DNA from: Octopus bimaculoides
Taxonomy: Eukaryota
Length of the DNA: 38,540 bases
Assembly: GCF_001194135.2 (NCBI RefSeq)
Contig: NC_068985.1
Coordinates: 73,036,285-73,074,824, forward strand
Reading direction: 5' to 3'
Part shown: piece by piece, positions 1-11,090 of the stretch
Position numbering within the stretch: position 1 is the stretch's first letter
How the letters are laid out: each line of letters begins with the position of its first letter
The notes under the pieces: generated by a model
What the model saw: the letters and a program-made list of their open reading frames with translations, nothing else
Databases searched by the model: none
What the model was told of the DNA's origin: nothing
Program-made: the position numbers and the translations under genes

Positions 1-104
1 CAAAAATTCAAAATTTAAAAGAGAGTTTTGACGCTGATATCCATTATTATTGAAGTTTACATGCTTTTCTCATCAACACATTGTGGAGATATCATCATAT
101 GAAC

Positions 105-182
105 AAATATATATATATATATATGTATGTATGTATGTGTATGTTTGTATGTATGCGTACGTGTGTGCATGTGTGTATATGC
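105..182. repeat. (TA)n/(TATG)n/(TG)n compound microsatellite
   Basis: Directly visible; explains the YIYI/VCMY ORFs. Confidence 0.95.
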
Positions 183-336
183 AATACAAATACAAGCAGC
201 TCGGTATGTATGTGAATAGATTAATGATGACACTATCAGCTTTCTTACGTCACCCACTGCCAGCATATAAAGCTGGGTTTGTTATCTCTAAGTGCAACTA
301 CGTGTGGCTAGCATGAATAGTATATGGTTAATTGTT

Positions 337-453
<117 letters not shown>

Positions 454-587
454 CGACCAGTCTTTATGTGGGTACGTGTGTTTGAATATATATGTATATA
501 TACTCTCACACATATATATATACATATACACACACATATATATGAATGTATATTATATAATCCATATATATACATGCATAATGCCAA

Positions 588-705
588 TCACTCTCGGAGT
601 GGTTGGCGTTTGGAAGAGCATCCAGCTGTAGAAACTCTGGCAGATCAGATTGGAGCCTGGTGCAGCCATCTGGTTCGCCAGTCAAATTGTCCAACCCATG
701 TCAAA
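588..705 (+). mobile_element. Fragment of a SINE/LINE 3' tail repeat (RTE-type tail)
   Basis: ggagtggttggcgtttggaagagcatccagctgtagaaac...tccaacccatg. A related copy lies on the - strand at about 1645-1845. The GGAAGGGCATCC-like motif is recalled from RTE-derived tails. Confidence 0.6.
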
Positions 706-943
706 TCTTCCAACACATACAGGCACAAACATCAGTGTGTGTGTGCACACACACAAGCACGCACGTACATGTACATACGCGGTGTCTCGTAATGATGGGA
801 GACAATTTATTTATAATTTATATGATCATGGGTAATCGTCCGTCTTTAAATGTAGTGTCATACAACACAACAGCCAATGACAATTCTCGGGGAACTATTT
901 CCTGATTACCTTATTCCCCGATTCGAAGAATCAGGCTCTAACC

Positions 944-1267
944 CAGTGGTACTCAACCGGGATCCACATAAACCCTGAGAGTCCATATAAGACTTTTGGG
1001 GATCCATGCGACAAAATAGTAGCTTGGAGATCCACAATAGTATTTTAAGGGCTCTTGAAAAAAAAAAAAAACTTTGCTTTAGATGTATGCATTTGTACGC
1101 ATTGGTTTCTTTCTCTAACATTTTCAAACTACACAAGCGAATGAGTAAAAAAACACAGTAGCAATTGTGGTAGAAGTTACTATAAAACTAGTTTTTAAAC
1201 ATCGAATGGCTTTAGGGGTCCACCAGAATAAAATAGTATTTATAGATAAATAATTGTTGAGAACCTG
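944..1267. mobile_element. Non-autonomous hAT (Charlie/Buster-like) MITE
   Basis: TIRs cagtggtactcaac / gttgagaacctg. Perfect 8-bp TSD ctctaacc at 936-943 and 1268-1275. Confidence 0.9.
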
Positions 1268-1644
1268 CTCTAACCTTCGCTAATCCCCACCACACTATTT
1301 CTTGTGGAATTCCATGTAGAAAAGAGTGTATGCTGAGAAATTCCACACAGGTTTAGAACTCAAAGAATCCGGAGGAAGACAGCAGTTATCCCAGCTGATG
1401 TGCCGCACTCTAGTATTGGTGGCCACGAGAAGGAATTCCCGAGAATTTTTTCTTGTAAGTGGTAGCCATCTAAAGGATTTGGTATTCAAACCTTGAATGT
1501 TGTTTGAATGTTCTTATGAACTCCTGTATCTTCATTATCTATTATATACTTTCTTTAATATATGTGCTTGTTCCAGTCATAGATGCTAGCGTTTAAAGTG
1601 AGTTTCATCATTATGAGACACCCTGTATATGTAGCTTCATCACT

Positions 1645-1845
1645 GAACGTCTGTTTTCCATACTGGCACGGGTTGGGTGGTTTGACCAGAGTTGATAAGC
1701 AGGAGAGCTGCATCAGGTTCCATTCTGATTTGGTTTGATTTTTTTCGGCTGGATGCCTTTCCTCACGTCAACCACTTGACAGAGTGTGCTAGGTGCTTTT
1801 ACATGGCACAGACGCAGGTGCTTGCACGTGACACCAGCACGGGAG
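1645..1845 (-). mobile_element. RTE-tail-type repeat fragment, same family as 588-705
   Basis: Reverse complement matches the 588-705 copy (ggctggatgcctttcctcacgtcaaccact; ctgcatcaggttccattctgattt). Confidence 0.6.
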
Positions 1846-1859
1846 TTTCTTTTTACGTG

Positions 1860-1995
1860 TATGTGTGTGTGTTTGTCCATCGCTACAGCTTGACAACCGA
1901 TGTTGGTTTGTTTACGTCCGCGTAACTAGCGGTTCGGCAAAAGAGAACGATAGAATAAGTATCAGGCTTACAAAAATACGTATTGGAATCGATTC
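1860..1995 (+). mobile_element. SINE family A, 3' part
   Basis: gcttgacaaccgatgttggtttgtttacgtcc..tagcggttcggcaaaagag matches the full copy at 20800-21198. Confidence 0.8.
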
Positions 1996-2121
1996 AAAAT
2001 TTCAGGTCTTGTGCCTATAATAGAAAGGATTACTTATCTGGTATAAATTGGGGTCATTACTGAATGATAACGTAAATGTAATGTCCATGGTAAATGGACA
2101 TTATTCTTTACTTGTTTTATT

Positions 2122-2316
2122 CTTTATTTGTTTCAGTCTTTGGACTGTGGCCATGCTGGTGCACCGTCTTGAAGACTTTTAGTCGGATGAATCGACCCCA
2201 GCACTTATTTTTGTAAACCTGGTACTTATTCGATCGGTTGCCCTAGGTGCCGCACAATGGGATTGAACACAAGTCTACATGGTTGAGAAACAAGTTTCTT
2301 AACCACACAGCCATAC
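2122..2316 (-). mobile_element. SINE family A, internally deleted copy
   Basis: tttcagtc..gactgtggccatgctgg..cacc tail and ggtgccgcacaatgggattgaac..accacacagcc head match 20800-21198. Confidence 0.8.
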
Positions 2317-2599
2317 GCTTATAAAGCTTATGCATAAAGTGGAGTATGGTCAATAAAATAGTTAAGGATTTAAATCTTTATTTTAATGCTAAATCTCTGT
2401 GAGGTTTTGTTCCCCAGTGCCGAGAGAATGAATTGTGGGTGTCAAAAAGATTAAACAAGTTTCAAGACAACTTGGGCTACAAAAGAATTTCAGAGAATGG
2501 AAGGCACAGGTAGGAGGTTAATGATTTCTGCGCTCCTGGGGTTGGGAGTAGTTCTAAATAGCTTAATTAGTCTAGGCAACACATGACGTTAAAGCAAGG

Positions 2600-2620
2600 C
2601 GTGTGCGTGCGTGCGTGTGC

Positions 2621-2685
<65 letters not shown>
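2600..2685. repeat. (GT)n microsatellite running into an assembly gap
   Basis: Directly visible. Confidence 0.95.
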
Positions 2686-3739
2686 NNNNNNNNNNNNNNN
2701 NNNNNNNNNNNNNNNNNNNNNNNNNNNNNNNNNNNNNNNNNNNNNNNNNNNNNNNNNNNNNNNNNNNNNNNNNNNNNNNNNNNNNNNNNNNNNNNNNNNN
2801 NNNNNNNNNNNNNNNNNNNNNNNNNNNNNNNNNNNNNNNNNNNNNNNNNNNNNNNNNNNNNNNNNNNNNNNNNNNNNNNNNNNNNNNNNNNNNNNNNNNN
2901 NNNNNNNNNNNNNNNNNNNNNNNNNNNNNNNNNNNNNNNNNNNNNNNNNNNNNNNNNNNNNNNNNNNNNNNNNNNNNNNNNNNNNNNNNNNNNNNNNNNN
3001 NNNNNNNNNNNNNNNNNNNNNNNNNNNNNNNNNNNNNNNNNNNNNNNNNNNNNNNNNNNNNNNNNNNNNNNNNNNNNNNNNNNNNNNNNNNNNNNNNNNN
3101 NNNNNNNNNNNNNNNNNNNNNNNNNNNNNNNNNNNNNNNNNNNNNNNNNNNNNNNAGACAGACGAGATGCCGGTAAGGCATTTTGCCCGGCGTGCAAGCT
3201 TGTTCAGCTTTAGGTTTAATATTAAACGAAAAGTTTGACAGGTTTTATTGTGTTAAATCTAATTCAAAGATTGAAAGTGTAAAATTTATGTTTGACACTG
3301 TTTATTATACACTGCGTGTAACAGTTTCACTTTCCACTAAAATAATTCCACTTCTTCCACTTTCACTTCAACCGCGGATCTTTGTGGCGTTCGTCACTGT
3401 TTACAATTTTGCTCCATTTGTTTTCAAATTTGGTATATGGATTAAGTTTTGTATACTAATTATGAAAATGAAATTCATTTTCCCTATAAACCCATAATTG
3501 AAAAATGATTAGCCTTTAAAATTTGCAAAATTTTAGCCAATCAGAAGCGAGTATTTTAGATTTCACCGTGGCGAAGAAGTAATTAAAGTAGAGAAGCATC
3601 ACATGTTCCATGGCTGATTGGGAAGAACTCTGTTACCATAGTAACCAAAGATGCTGCGCATGAGCACAAGGAATGTAGCCGCCACTTGTTCTATAATTGT
3701 TTGTTTTCATCACAGATAGGACTCACATTCAACAAATTG

Positions 3740-3845
3740 AAAGTACCTGGGTATGTTGACTCCTATATTTGTGAATTTATGTGGAGAAGGAGATACGAGA
3801 AAGATAATTTATTTTATAAAATCCTAGTGTGTATTGCAAACTTTT
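3740..3845 (+). pseudogene. Merlin (ISXO2/IS1595-like) transposase C-terminal fragment
   Basis: Translates as VDSYICEFMWRRRYEKDNLFYKILVCIA, resembling the recalled ISXO2/Merlin C-terminal motif (L.SYL.EFMWR.R...D.F..IL..I). No upstream DDE core is visible. Confidence 0.7.
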
Positions 3846-3886
3846 GTTCTTCAAATTTTTTTAACTAATGTCTGTTTTAAACAATG

Positions 3887-4070
3887 TTTTGATTGTTATT
3901 TCTAGCAACTCCTGTTGGCTTGTTCGTAGCTTTTAAATATTTAAATTTCTCGCGAATGTTTTGATATTCGCGAGCAAATTTATATGTATATTTTAATCTT
4001 TTGACTGCTATTTCTAGCAACTCCTGTTGGTTTGTTTGTACGTAGCTTTTAAATATTTAATTTGCTCGCG
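3887..4070. repeat. Tandem duplication of a ~70 bp unit (period ~112 bp)
   Basis: tttctagcaactcctgttgg..tagcttttaaatatttaa..tcgcg occurs at 3887-3954 and 3999-4070. Confidence 0.9.
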
Positions 4071-4559
4071 TAGCTAGTTTAATGTTTTGACGTGCCGATG
4101 CCCCGCCCCCGCCCCGCCCTGATGATGNNNNNNNNNNNNNNNNNNNNNNNNNNNNNNNNNNNNNNNNNNNNNNNNNNNNNNNNNNNNNNNNNNNNNNNNN
4201 NNNNNNNNNNNNNNNNNNNNNNNNNNNNNNNNNNNNNNNNNNNNNNNNNNNNNNNNNNNNNNNNNNNNNNNNNNNNNNNNNNNNNNNNNNNNNNNNATGA
4301 TGGAAGAGGCAACGAACGCGCTATTTTCTGATTGGCTGAAAATTCTGAAAAATGATCAAACTTTAAAAACCTGTAACATTTTTGCAAATTTTTTCTGGAA
4401 TAAATGAATAACAAATTCAGATTCAGCGTCAAAAATTACATCTATATGATACATTAAAAAAAATTTTTAAAGATAATTGTAAACAGTGGCAAAAACCACA
4501 AAGGTCCCTGCGTACTATCACAGAGTCTGTAGGAGCATACAAAAGAGCTTCTATGTGAT

Positions 4560-4735
4560 CACACAGTCAGCTAGAAATAGCAACCAAATCTCCCTCAAAC
4601 CATGCCCTATTGTCTTATAAATAGACGCGTTGGCTAACGTGTGTTTGCTTTCTTGAACATTCAAAAATGACAATATCTTTGATTACGTGTCTGCTCGATC
4701 AAGAACTTGAATTGAACAACGACAACAGCAACGTA
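4560..4735 (+). mobile_element. SINE family C, 3' fragment
   Basis: gctagaaatagcaaccaaatctccctcaa...gtctgctcgatca...aacaacgacaac. Related pieces occur at about 12190-12265, 12450-12475 and 14660-14725 (-). Confidence 0.55.
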
Positions 4736-5061
4736 TATTATCACACATAGCAGCCAAAGATCCCTCTATAAATGGTATACATGAAGTTACTCTTTTTCCA
4801 TTTTTTTTTTTTTGTTTAGCGTTTCCATAAAAGATAGAAACGAAATGATAATTGAAATAACTTTTAAACATTATAAGAAGGTTTGATATAAATGCACTGC
4901 GAAATCACTTGACGCTTTAAGAAAGATCAAGTTATATAGTAGTCTATTGCGAAAGTGCTTTGATTTGTTGTAACTGACACATATGATGGTAGACCTAGTT
5001 GATACAATTAGGATATAAGTTCTGTTAATATGCATCTGCAAAAAATTTGGGAAGGAAAATG

Positions 5062-6330
5062 ATGTCATAAAATTTTAAGAAATAAAAATACGAAAATGAA
5101 AACCGACATTTTAAGCTAGGTTGGAAGGAAGATTTTGCGTTCACTATTAACAGGAAGTAAACATTTGTGCTTTATCTGCTATGGGTCATTACATGGTCGA
5201 GTAACTTGTAGTACCAAGTAGTAAAGCACAAAATGTTTTCGTCTGCTATCCATTTACACTTGATTTAAAAAAATACCAAAACGAGTCAACTGTGTTCAGC
5301 AGGCACTGTTGACAACGTTCAGTAAGGCAACCGATACAACGTCTGAAACTCCTTTTGTTATGTATGTTGCTTGTACTCAACGCCCATATTGTCACAGTGA
5401 GTAGTGTTTGATAATTTTCAGCAACCGATAGTATAACCATTAGTTACATGCCACTCCATAGAAAGGCATATCCTCTACATTAACACTGATGTTGCAGACA
5501 AAATGCAAAGTATTTTAACTAATTTTCTTTGCATTCAGTTTAGCATTTGATGCATCTACCAGATATTGAAGACAACATACAACTGGCAGTAGTTGTTCCG
5601 TTATGTTTCCTCTGATGTAACTGAGAAAAGATGTAGCATTAAAAGACACGATTCGTGGTATTGGCATTAAAGTTGCGTCGACAGGCTTGACGTTCCACTG
5701 AATAAACTCGACGATGTTGTAACATACGGAGTGCATGAAAGGGTAGAGTTAATGCATGATTCATTGTTCTTATAAAAACTGGCCCTGGCCCTAGCTTTCC
5801 TGATTTTCTTACTGTTCATTATATTATTCATTGCGAGCGCCTGGTATTCATATACTTCACAGAACGAAAATGTTATGAAAATTATCCTTAAAATTGCTAA
5901 TTGTTCAAGCATGAGAAGAGCCATTGATATCTCAAAAATTTTGTCGACGAACAGGATCTTGAAGTAATCCATTAATGTTACTTTGTACTGCACTGGGATG
6001 TGATAACATTGAGATGGCTAAAGGAGGTTTTTGGATCTGTTGAAACCTGTTATTTAGTTTCTAATAGAAATGACAAGATTCTATCCTGAACAGGGATAAA
6101 ATAAAAGAAGAAAAAAGAATGAATGAATGAATGAATGCAAGGTCTTTCAAAGAAGGCCACACTGGGTAATGCAGTCTTATATATATATTCAAGGCTGAAA
6201 TACATTTGATAATAGATCTGCACAATCAAGATTGATTTGGGCTCTACTACAACGACAAATCCAACAGTAGCGACAACATTAACAACAATACTTGCTACTT
6301 GGATGCTTTTAGTGAAGTTCACATTTGCAA
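5062..6330 (+). pseudogene. Decayed hAT transposase (GTF2IRD2/ZBED5/SPIN-Buster type)
   Basis: Ordered motifs across frameshifts and stops: KYENENRHFKLGWKEDFAF (N-terminus), LCFIC, FSLAFDAST (5534) with DIEDNIQLAVV and RYV (cf. FSLALDESTD..QLA.F.RYV), LKDTIRG (cf. LK.TT.G), LNKLDDVVTYG (cf. KLV.VTTDGA), HYIIHCERL (5817; cf. HCIIHQE.L), NVMKIILKIAN. Confidence 0.88.
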
Positions 6331-6589
6331 GTATGCGGATCCGACCGCTGTTCTCTCATCAATCACCATTCTACAACCAAAATATATCTTTGAGCCCTTT
6401 TTCAAGAAACTTTGTGGAATCGTGCAACTCCTAACCAAACTCACTTCTAAGTTACGACATTTCATTTAATAACCTTCACACTGAGAAAGCTTTCATAAAT
6501 GCTACTTCCACTTTTTTCATCTTCACAATGCACACATACAACAAAACCTCCCTTCTTTGACACGCAAGCTCATTATTACATACACTTAT

Positions 6590-7690
6590 ACGTCTAATGC
6601 GAAGACACCTCCAATCATCAGCCCAGTTAGAAACTTGTAATGTCCTATGTCACAGTGATGTCCCATTCCCAAGAAGGATAACATTTTTTCATTCTAATAG
6701 CTATCAACCGATTGCTCTTACTGCAGACGTCTCGAGGGTGGTAAAAAAATGTCGTTTACAGTCACTTTCTCCTACAGCTTGCGACATTCTTCATCCCCAG
6801 TGATCACCAGTAGAATCTTTTACTGAACAAGATCTGTAGGAAGCTTCTTTTCTTATGTCCCACTCATCAGTAGTCCCTCCACATTTGAGAAATTAGGCAA
6901 AGGCAGTGTCATTGCACATGATACCGACAGAGCATTTGATTATGTGACACTAAGATTTTGTGATTATGTCTATGGGTTCGTCTCTTAGTTCGAAAGTTTT
7001 CTGTCATATCGCATCTTGGTAGCGTGAACTTGTATACATCGTTTTTAATTCCCTCCATGACTCTTCATTCGTACGTTAATAACTTACTTGTTACTCCTAT
7101 CAACGCTCACACCGATACAGACAGTACCACTCTCTACTTCTGACATTTCTGTTTCGACATCTAGGACGAATTTTCTACTACTGCTAAAAACGCACGTTAG
7201 ACAGCATCAAACGAAACCATTCGGGTGATTGACAGAACCTCAATTACTAAAGCATTATAAACTCTCTCCTACAGACGCACTGCTGATTCCTCAATCCTGT
7301 TTATTATTTTGCAGCTTCATAATGATAAACCTACCATTTTATCCAACTATATAATACAAAAAAAATAATATAAAATACGCAGGTTAAAATTGGGACTTAG
7401 AAATACACCTGAGTCTAAAAAGAAAAGAACAAAAGAGTATAAACTATATTACTAGTTTTTAGCTGCATAAAGTGGGACCGCATTGTATTCGAGATCATAT
7501 AGAATTGAAGTTGATACGGTAATTGTATATCACCTTCACTTAGACGCGCCCATGACACTTGTCTCACTTTCACTATCCAACCCCAAATTCTATGCTAAAT
7601 CCTTCATTACCAGAACGTTCAACCTCTGGAATCCTTCTGTTCATTCTTCACCACCCAAACGTCAAATTAAGTCTCTTCATGTTGACCATC
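6590..7690 (+). mobile_element. Decayed non-LTR retrotransposon RT region (CR1/L2/Jockey-group-like)
   Basis: SYQPIALTADVSRVV (cf. NYRPI.LTS..SKV), VIAHDTDRAFDYV (cf. ALDISKAFD.V), and C-terminal YAKSFITRTFNLWN (cf. SF.PRT..LWN). Confidence 0.75.
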
Positions 7691-7882
7691 AACCCTATCT
7701 TCCTCGTCACTTACCCCTCTCCTTCTGTCATTAAAAGCTAAAACTAAAGCAGGACTCAGTGTGAATGTGTTTATCGTCATAACTTTATGCCTGTGTCTCA
7801 TAAAGACATAAAGTCTCATATAGAGTCTGTCTTTTAGACTTTATATAACTTTATATAGACAATCAGACAAAGTGACATGTGT

Positions 7883-7883
<1 letters not shown>

Positions 7884-7932
<49 letters not shown>

Positions 7933-8026
7933 GCACACACACACACACACATACACACATATTTGTATATATATAAACATGTATGTATAAAGACATATGT
8001 ATATATGTATATGTATGAATATATAT
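7884..8026. repeat. (CA)n then (TA)/(TATG) microsatellite
   Basis: Directly visible. Confidence 0.95.
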
Positions 8027-8030
8027 TATT

Positions 8031-8081
8031 GGTTTCGTGGTGTAGTGGTTATCACGTCTGCTTGGAGCCTCGCCGAAACCT
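8031..8081 (+). pseudogene. tRNA-Val-derived remnant lacking the anticodon loop, variable loop and 5' T-arm
   Basis: GGTTTCGTGGTGTAGTGGTTATCACGTCTGCTT resembles the 5' half of metazoan tRNA-Val(TAC). The acceptor stem GGTTTCG/CGAAACC pairs perfectly and the 3' T-arm CTCGC is retained. About 22 nt are missing. Confidence 0.75.
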
Positions 8082-8099
8082 TGAATGCTTAAAAAAGTA

Positions 8100-8700
8100 G
8101 GCGCAAGCGTGACTGTATGGTTAAGAAGTTTGCTTCCTAACCACATTGGTTTCGCGTTTAGTCCCACTGCGTGGCACCTTGGACAAGTGGCTTCTGCTAT
8201 GGCTTCTCAACAGGGGTCCACTTGACCTTTAGGGGTTCATATTAGATTTTGTTGCCAAAGTTTAGGTTCAAAAAGTGATTATACTTCTACAATATAGAAA
8301 ATATTAGAATACTTTCTTGATACAATTTCTAATATTTAATTATAAAAATATAATGGAATATTTTTGAACATCAAATGGCTATGGGGGTTTAGCAGAATAA
8401 AATAGAATTCAAAGGCCATAATAAAAAATGGTTGAGGATCACTGCGGTAGATGGAAACTGAAGGAAGCCCGTCCTATAAATATCCGTATGTGCGTGACTT
8501 TCTGTCTATGATAGTCCCCCACCGCAGCTTGACAACCGGTGTTGGCGTGTTTACGTTCCCGTACATTAGCAATTTTGCAGAAGAGATCGATGGAAAAGTA
8601 TCAAGCTTTAAAAAAAGTACAACTATTCGTTCAACTAAAATTCTTCATAGTGATGCCCCCACATGGCCGCAGTCTAATGACTGAAACAAGTAAAAGCTAA
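8100..8700 (+). mobile_element. SINE family A copy interrupted by a hAT MITE
   Basis: Head 8100-8200 (gtatggttaagaagtttgc..gtcccactgcgtggcaccttgg) resumes at 8445 (ggtagatggaaactgaaggaagcccg) and ends in ggccgcagtc..gactgaaacaagtaaaag. Confidence 0.85.
8200..8444. mobile_element. hAT MITE, same family as 944-1267, nested in the SINE
   Basis: Right TIR gttgaggatcactg and eroded left TIR ggcttctcaac. Internal atcaaatggct..cagaataaaatag is shared with 944-1267. Confidence 0.8.
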
Positions 8701-8929
8701 AAAAGATATATGTGTTTGTGTGTATTGGGAAGATCAAGTTAACTCTACTCTCAGTACAGACCCTCCATCAGTAAGCAAGTTCTTTATTCTTGAAGTTGCT
8801 TTAAAATAATTACCTTATTTCAACCACTACCACCACACGTCTATCTGACCATACGCTTGTAAAACGCGCGCACACACACACACACACACACACGTGTCTG
8901 TGTCTAACACTAGCTATAGTTTTGAGTGT

Positions 8930-9360
8930 CTACCTGATTGTGATAACCTTTATCAAAGACTATCTCACTGTGTCTATCTATGAATTTCTCTAGCCACGCT
9001 TATGTGAATCTGTCTGACCGTGTCCTCCTTTATCTGTCTTTGTAAGACCTTTATCGTTGTCTGTTTGACAGTATCTGTCTGTTCTTAAATGTAAGCCTAG
9101 CTATGCTTATTAAGATGTATCTAACTATGTCTACCTGTCTATACATGTTTATCTATCTAACCATGCATATCAAAGGCTACCTATCAGTCGATATCTGTCT
9201 GATCCTCTTCGTAACTCTAGGCATATTTGTGAAACTATTTGAAAGAGTCTTTATGTCTTTCTACATAGCACCGGCTGTGATTATGAAAGTGTCTCCCTGT
9301 GTCTATGTCTGTAAGAAAGTCAGCCTCTTTATGAATGTATATCTCATAGTGGCTCTATGA
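8930..9360. repeat. Highly degenerate TCTA/TCTG-derived low-complexity region
   Basis: Recurrent tatct/gtct words without a strict period. Confidence 0.6.
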
Positions 9361-9424
9361 ACTTCTAATGATATTTTATAAAACCCTACATGACTGTTTC
9401 TATACTATCTAACAGTTATCTACT

Positions 9425-9590
9425 AAATTTTACTTATTACATTCATTGTGACTGCGACCATGCTGGGATACCACCTTAGAAGGTTTCGTCCAAGAAATCG
9501 ACCCCGGTACTTTTATTTAATTCTGGTACTTATTTCATTGGTCCCTTGTTGCTAAACCCCTACGCTACGGGGACAGGGAACAAACATAAG
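9425..9590 (-). mobile_element. SINE family A 3' fragment
   Basis: gactgcgaccatgctggg..accac..atcgacccc..tggtacttatt. Confidence 0.75.
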
Positions 9591-9825
9591 CGCAAAGAAT
9601 NNNNNNNNNNNNNNNNNNNNNNNNNNNNNNNNNNNNNNNNNNATATATATATATATATATATAATAGTGTATAAACTATTTACGTATTCATATACGAAAG
9701 AGGTGACCTTTGACCGGACACCTTACATGCTGTATTTTCGGTGCCATTTGCTGCATAAATATGCATTAACTTTAGCGCCCTCACTGAAGGAATATGGATG
9801 ACAAATTAATTTATTTTGCACACAC

Positions 9826-10045
9826 ACATATGTATATGTATGTATGTATATATGTATGTATGTGCGTATGTATGTATGTGCGTATGTATATATGTATGTA
9901 TGTATGTATATATGTATGTACGCATGTATGTATGTATGTATGTATGTATGCATGTATGTATGTATGTATGTATGTATGTATGTATGTATGTATATATGTA
10001 TGTACGCATGTATGTATGTATGTATGTATGTATGTATGTATGTAT
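9826..10045. repeat. (TATG)n microsatellite with a higher-order internal repeat
   Basis: Directly visible; the variant tatatgtatgtacgcatg recurs at about 9909 and 9991. Confidence 0.95.
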
Positions 10046-11004
10046 AGGAGAGTGATTGTAAATGTACATGTATGTGTGTATGCGTTTGTTGTGTGTCTGC
10101 CTCCTTGTTTAAAAATGCGTTTATAATTATTTCCAAACTTACATTGTTTGTTATTTCTCAACTATTTTACCCCCACCTTTTTTTAATGAAGTAAGAAAAG
10201 AAAACTTTGACAGAAAGAACCCTCACTGTAATAATGTGTTTTTGTGTGAAGATGTGGTGTCGGGCTGCAGACGAGAATGTGTGTGTGTGCGCACGTGCGC
10301 GCGATGTGTGTATGCGTCTGCTTCTTTGTTTAACAAAGTGTGTTTATAGTTGTTACCATTTTATCTACCCTTTCTTTATATCCTCCGGTTCTTTCACCCC
10401 CTATTCATAACAGCAAAGAAAAAACAAAATAAAGAAAGCGAAATGACTGATGCAAAAATAACTTTATAAACATGAGGCAACAAGGAAGCATTTGCCAGAG
10501 TCACTCGAATTGCTAGAAAATGCAGTCACGTCTACTTCAACCTAATACTGTTTTAAACATAAAATTTAAAAAAACAACAACAACGAAAGAACACAATGGA
10601 TGATACAAACTTAGGTAGACAATGCCTGAATACAATGAATAAAAATATGTAATGGTCACGGTAGGAATGTCTTTGATCATAGCTGTTTTGTTTGTTTGTT
10701 TCTTTATTTATCTATTTATATTAGAAACTGCTTTATTCTTTCACTAAAATAATTTCGCCGATACATTTCTAGAACAATGATCCAAATATGGCTATCATAA
10801 TAATTAAGAAAAAAATGGACAAGTATAAAGATATCTCTTTGGTCTTGAAGAAGACACTTATCTGTGAGCAAATTCGCGAATGAAAAACAGATGCATACAT
10901 ACATACATACATACATACGAACATGCACATACACAGACGTATATATATATATGTATATGTATATACACATATATACATATGTATATTTAGATTTATACGT
11001 GTTC

Positions 11005-11090
11005 TTTTATTCTTTTACTTGTTTCAGTCATTTGACTGCAGCCATGCTGGAGCACCACCTTAAGGTGGGGGTCCAACATGGCTGCAGTTA
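11005..11090 (-). mobile_element. SINE family A 3' end
   Basis: ttttacttgtttcagtcatttgactgcagccatgctggagcaccacc. Confidence 0.8.

Noticed and set aside
2567-3238. Long ORFs of 200-320 aa spanning N-runs (also 13.4-14.4, 31.9-32.3 and 33.2-34.2 kb)
   Set aside because: They stay open only because N is translated as X.
5246-5993. Hydrophobic ORFs resembling a GPCR or chemotactile/nAChR-like receptor
   Set aside because: Better explained as antisense or off-frame readings of the decayed hAT transposase, whose motifs occur in the correct order on the + strand.
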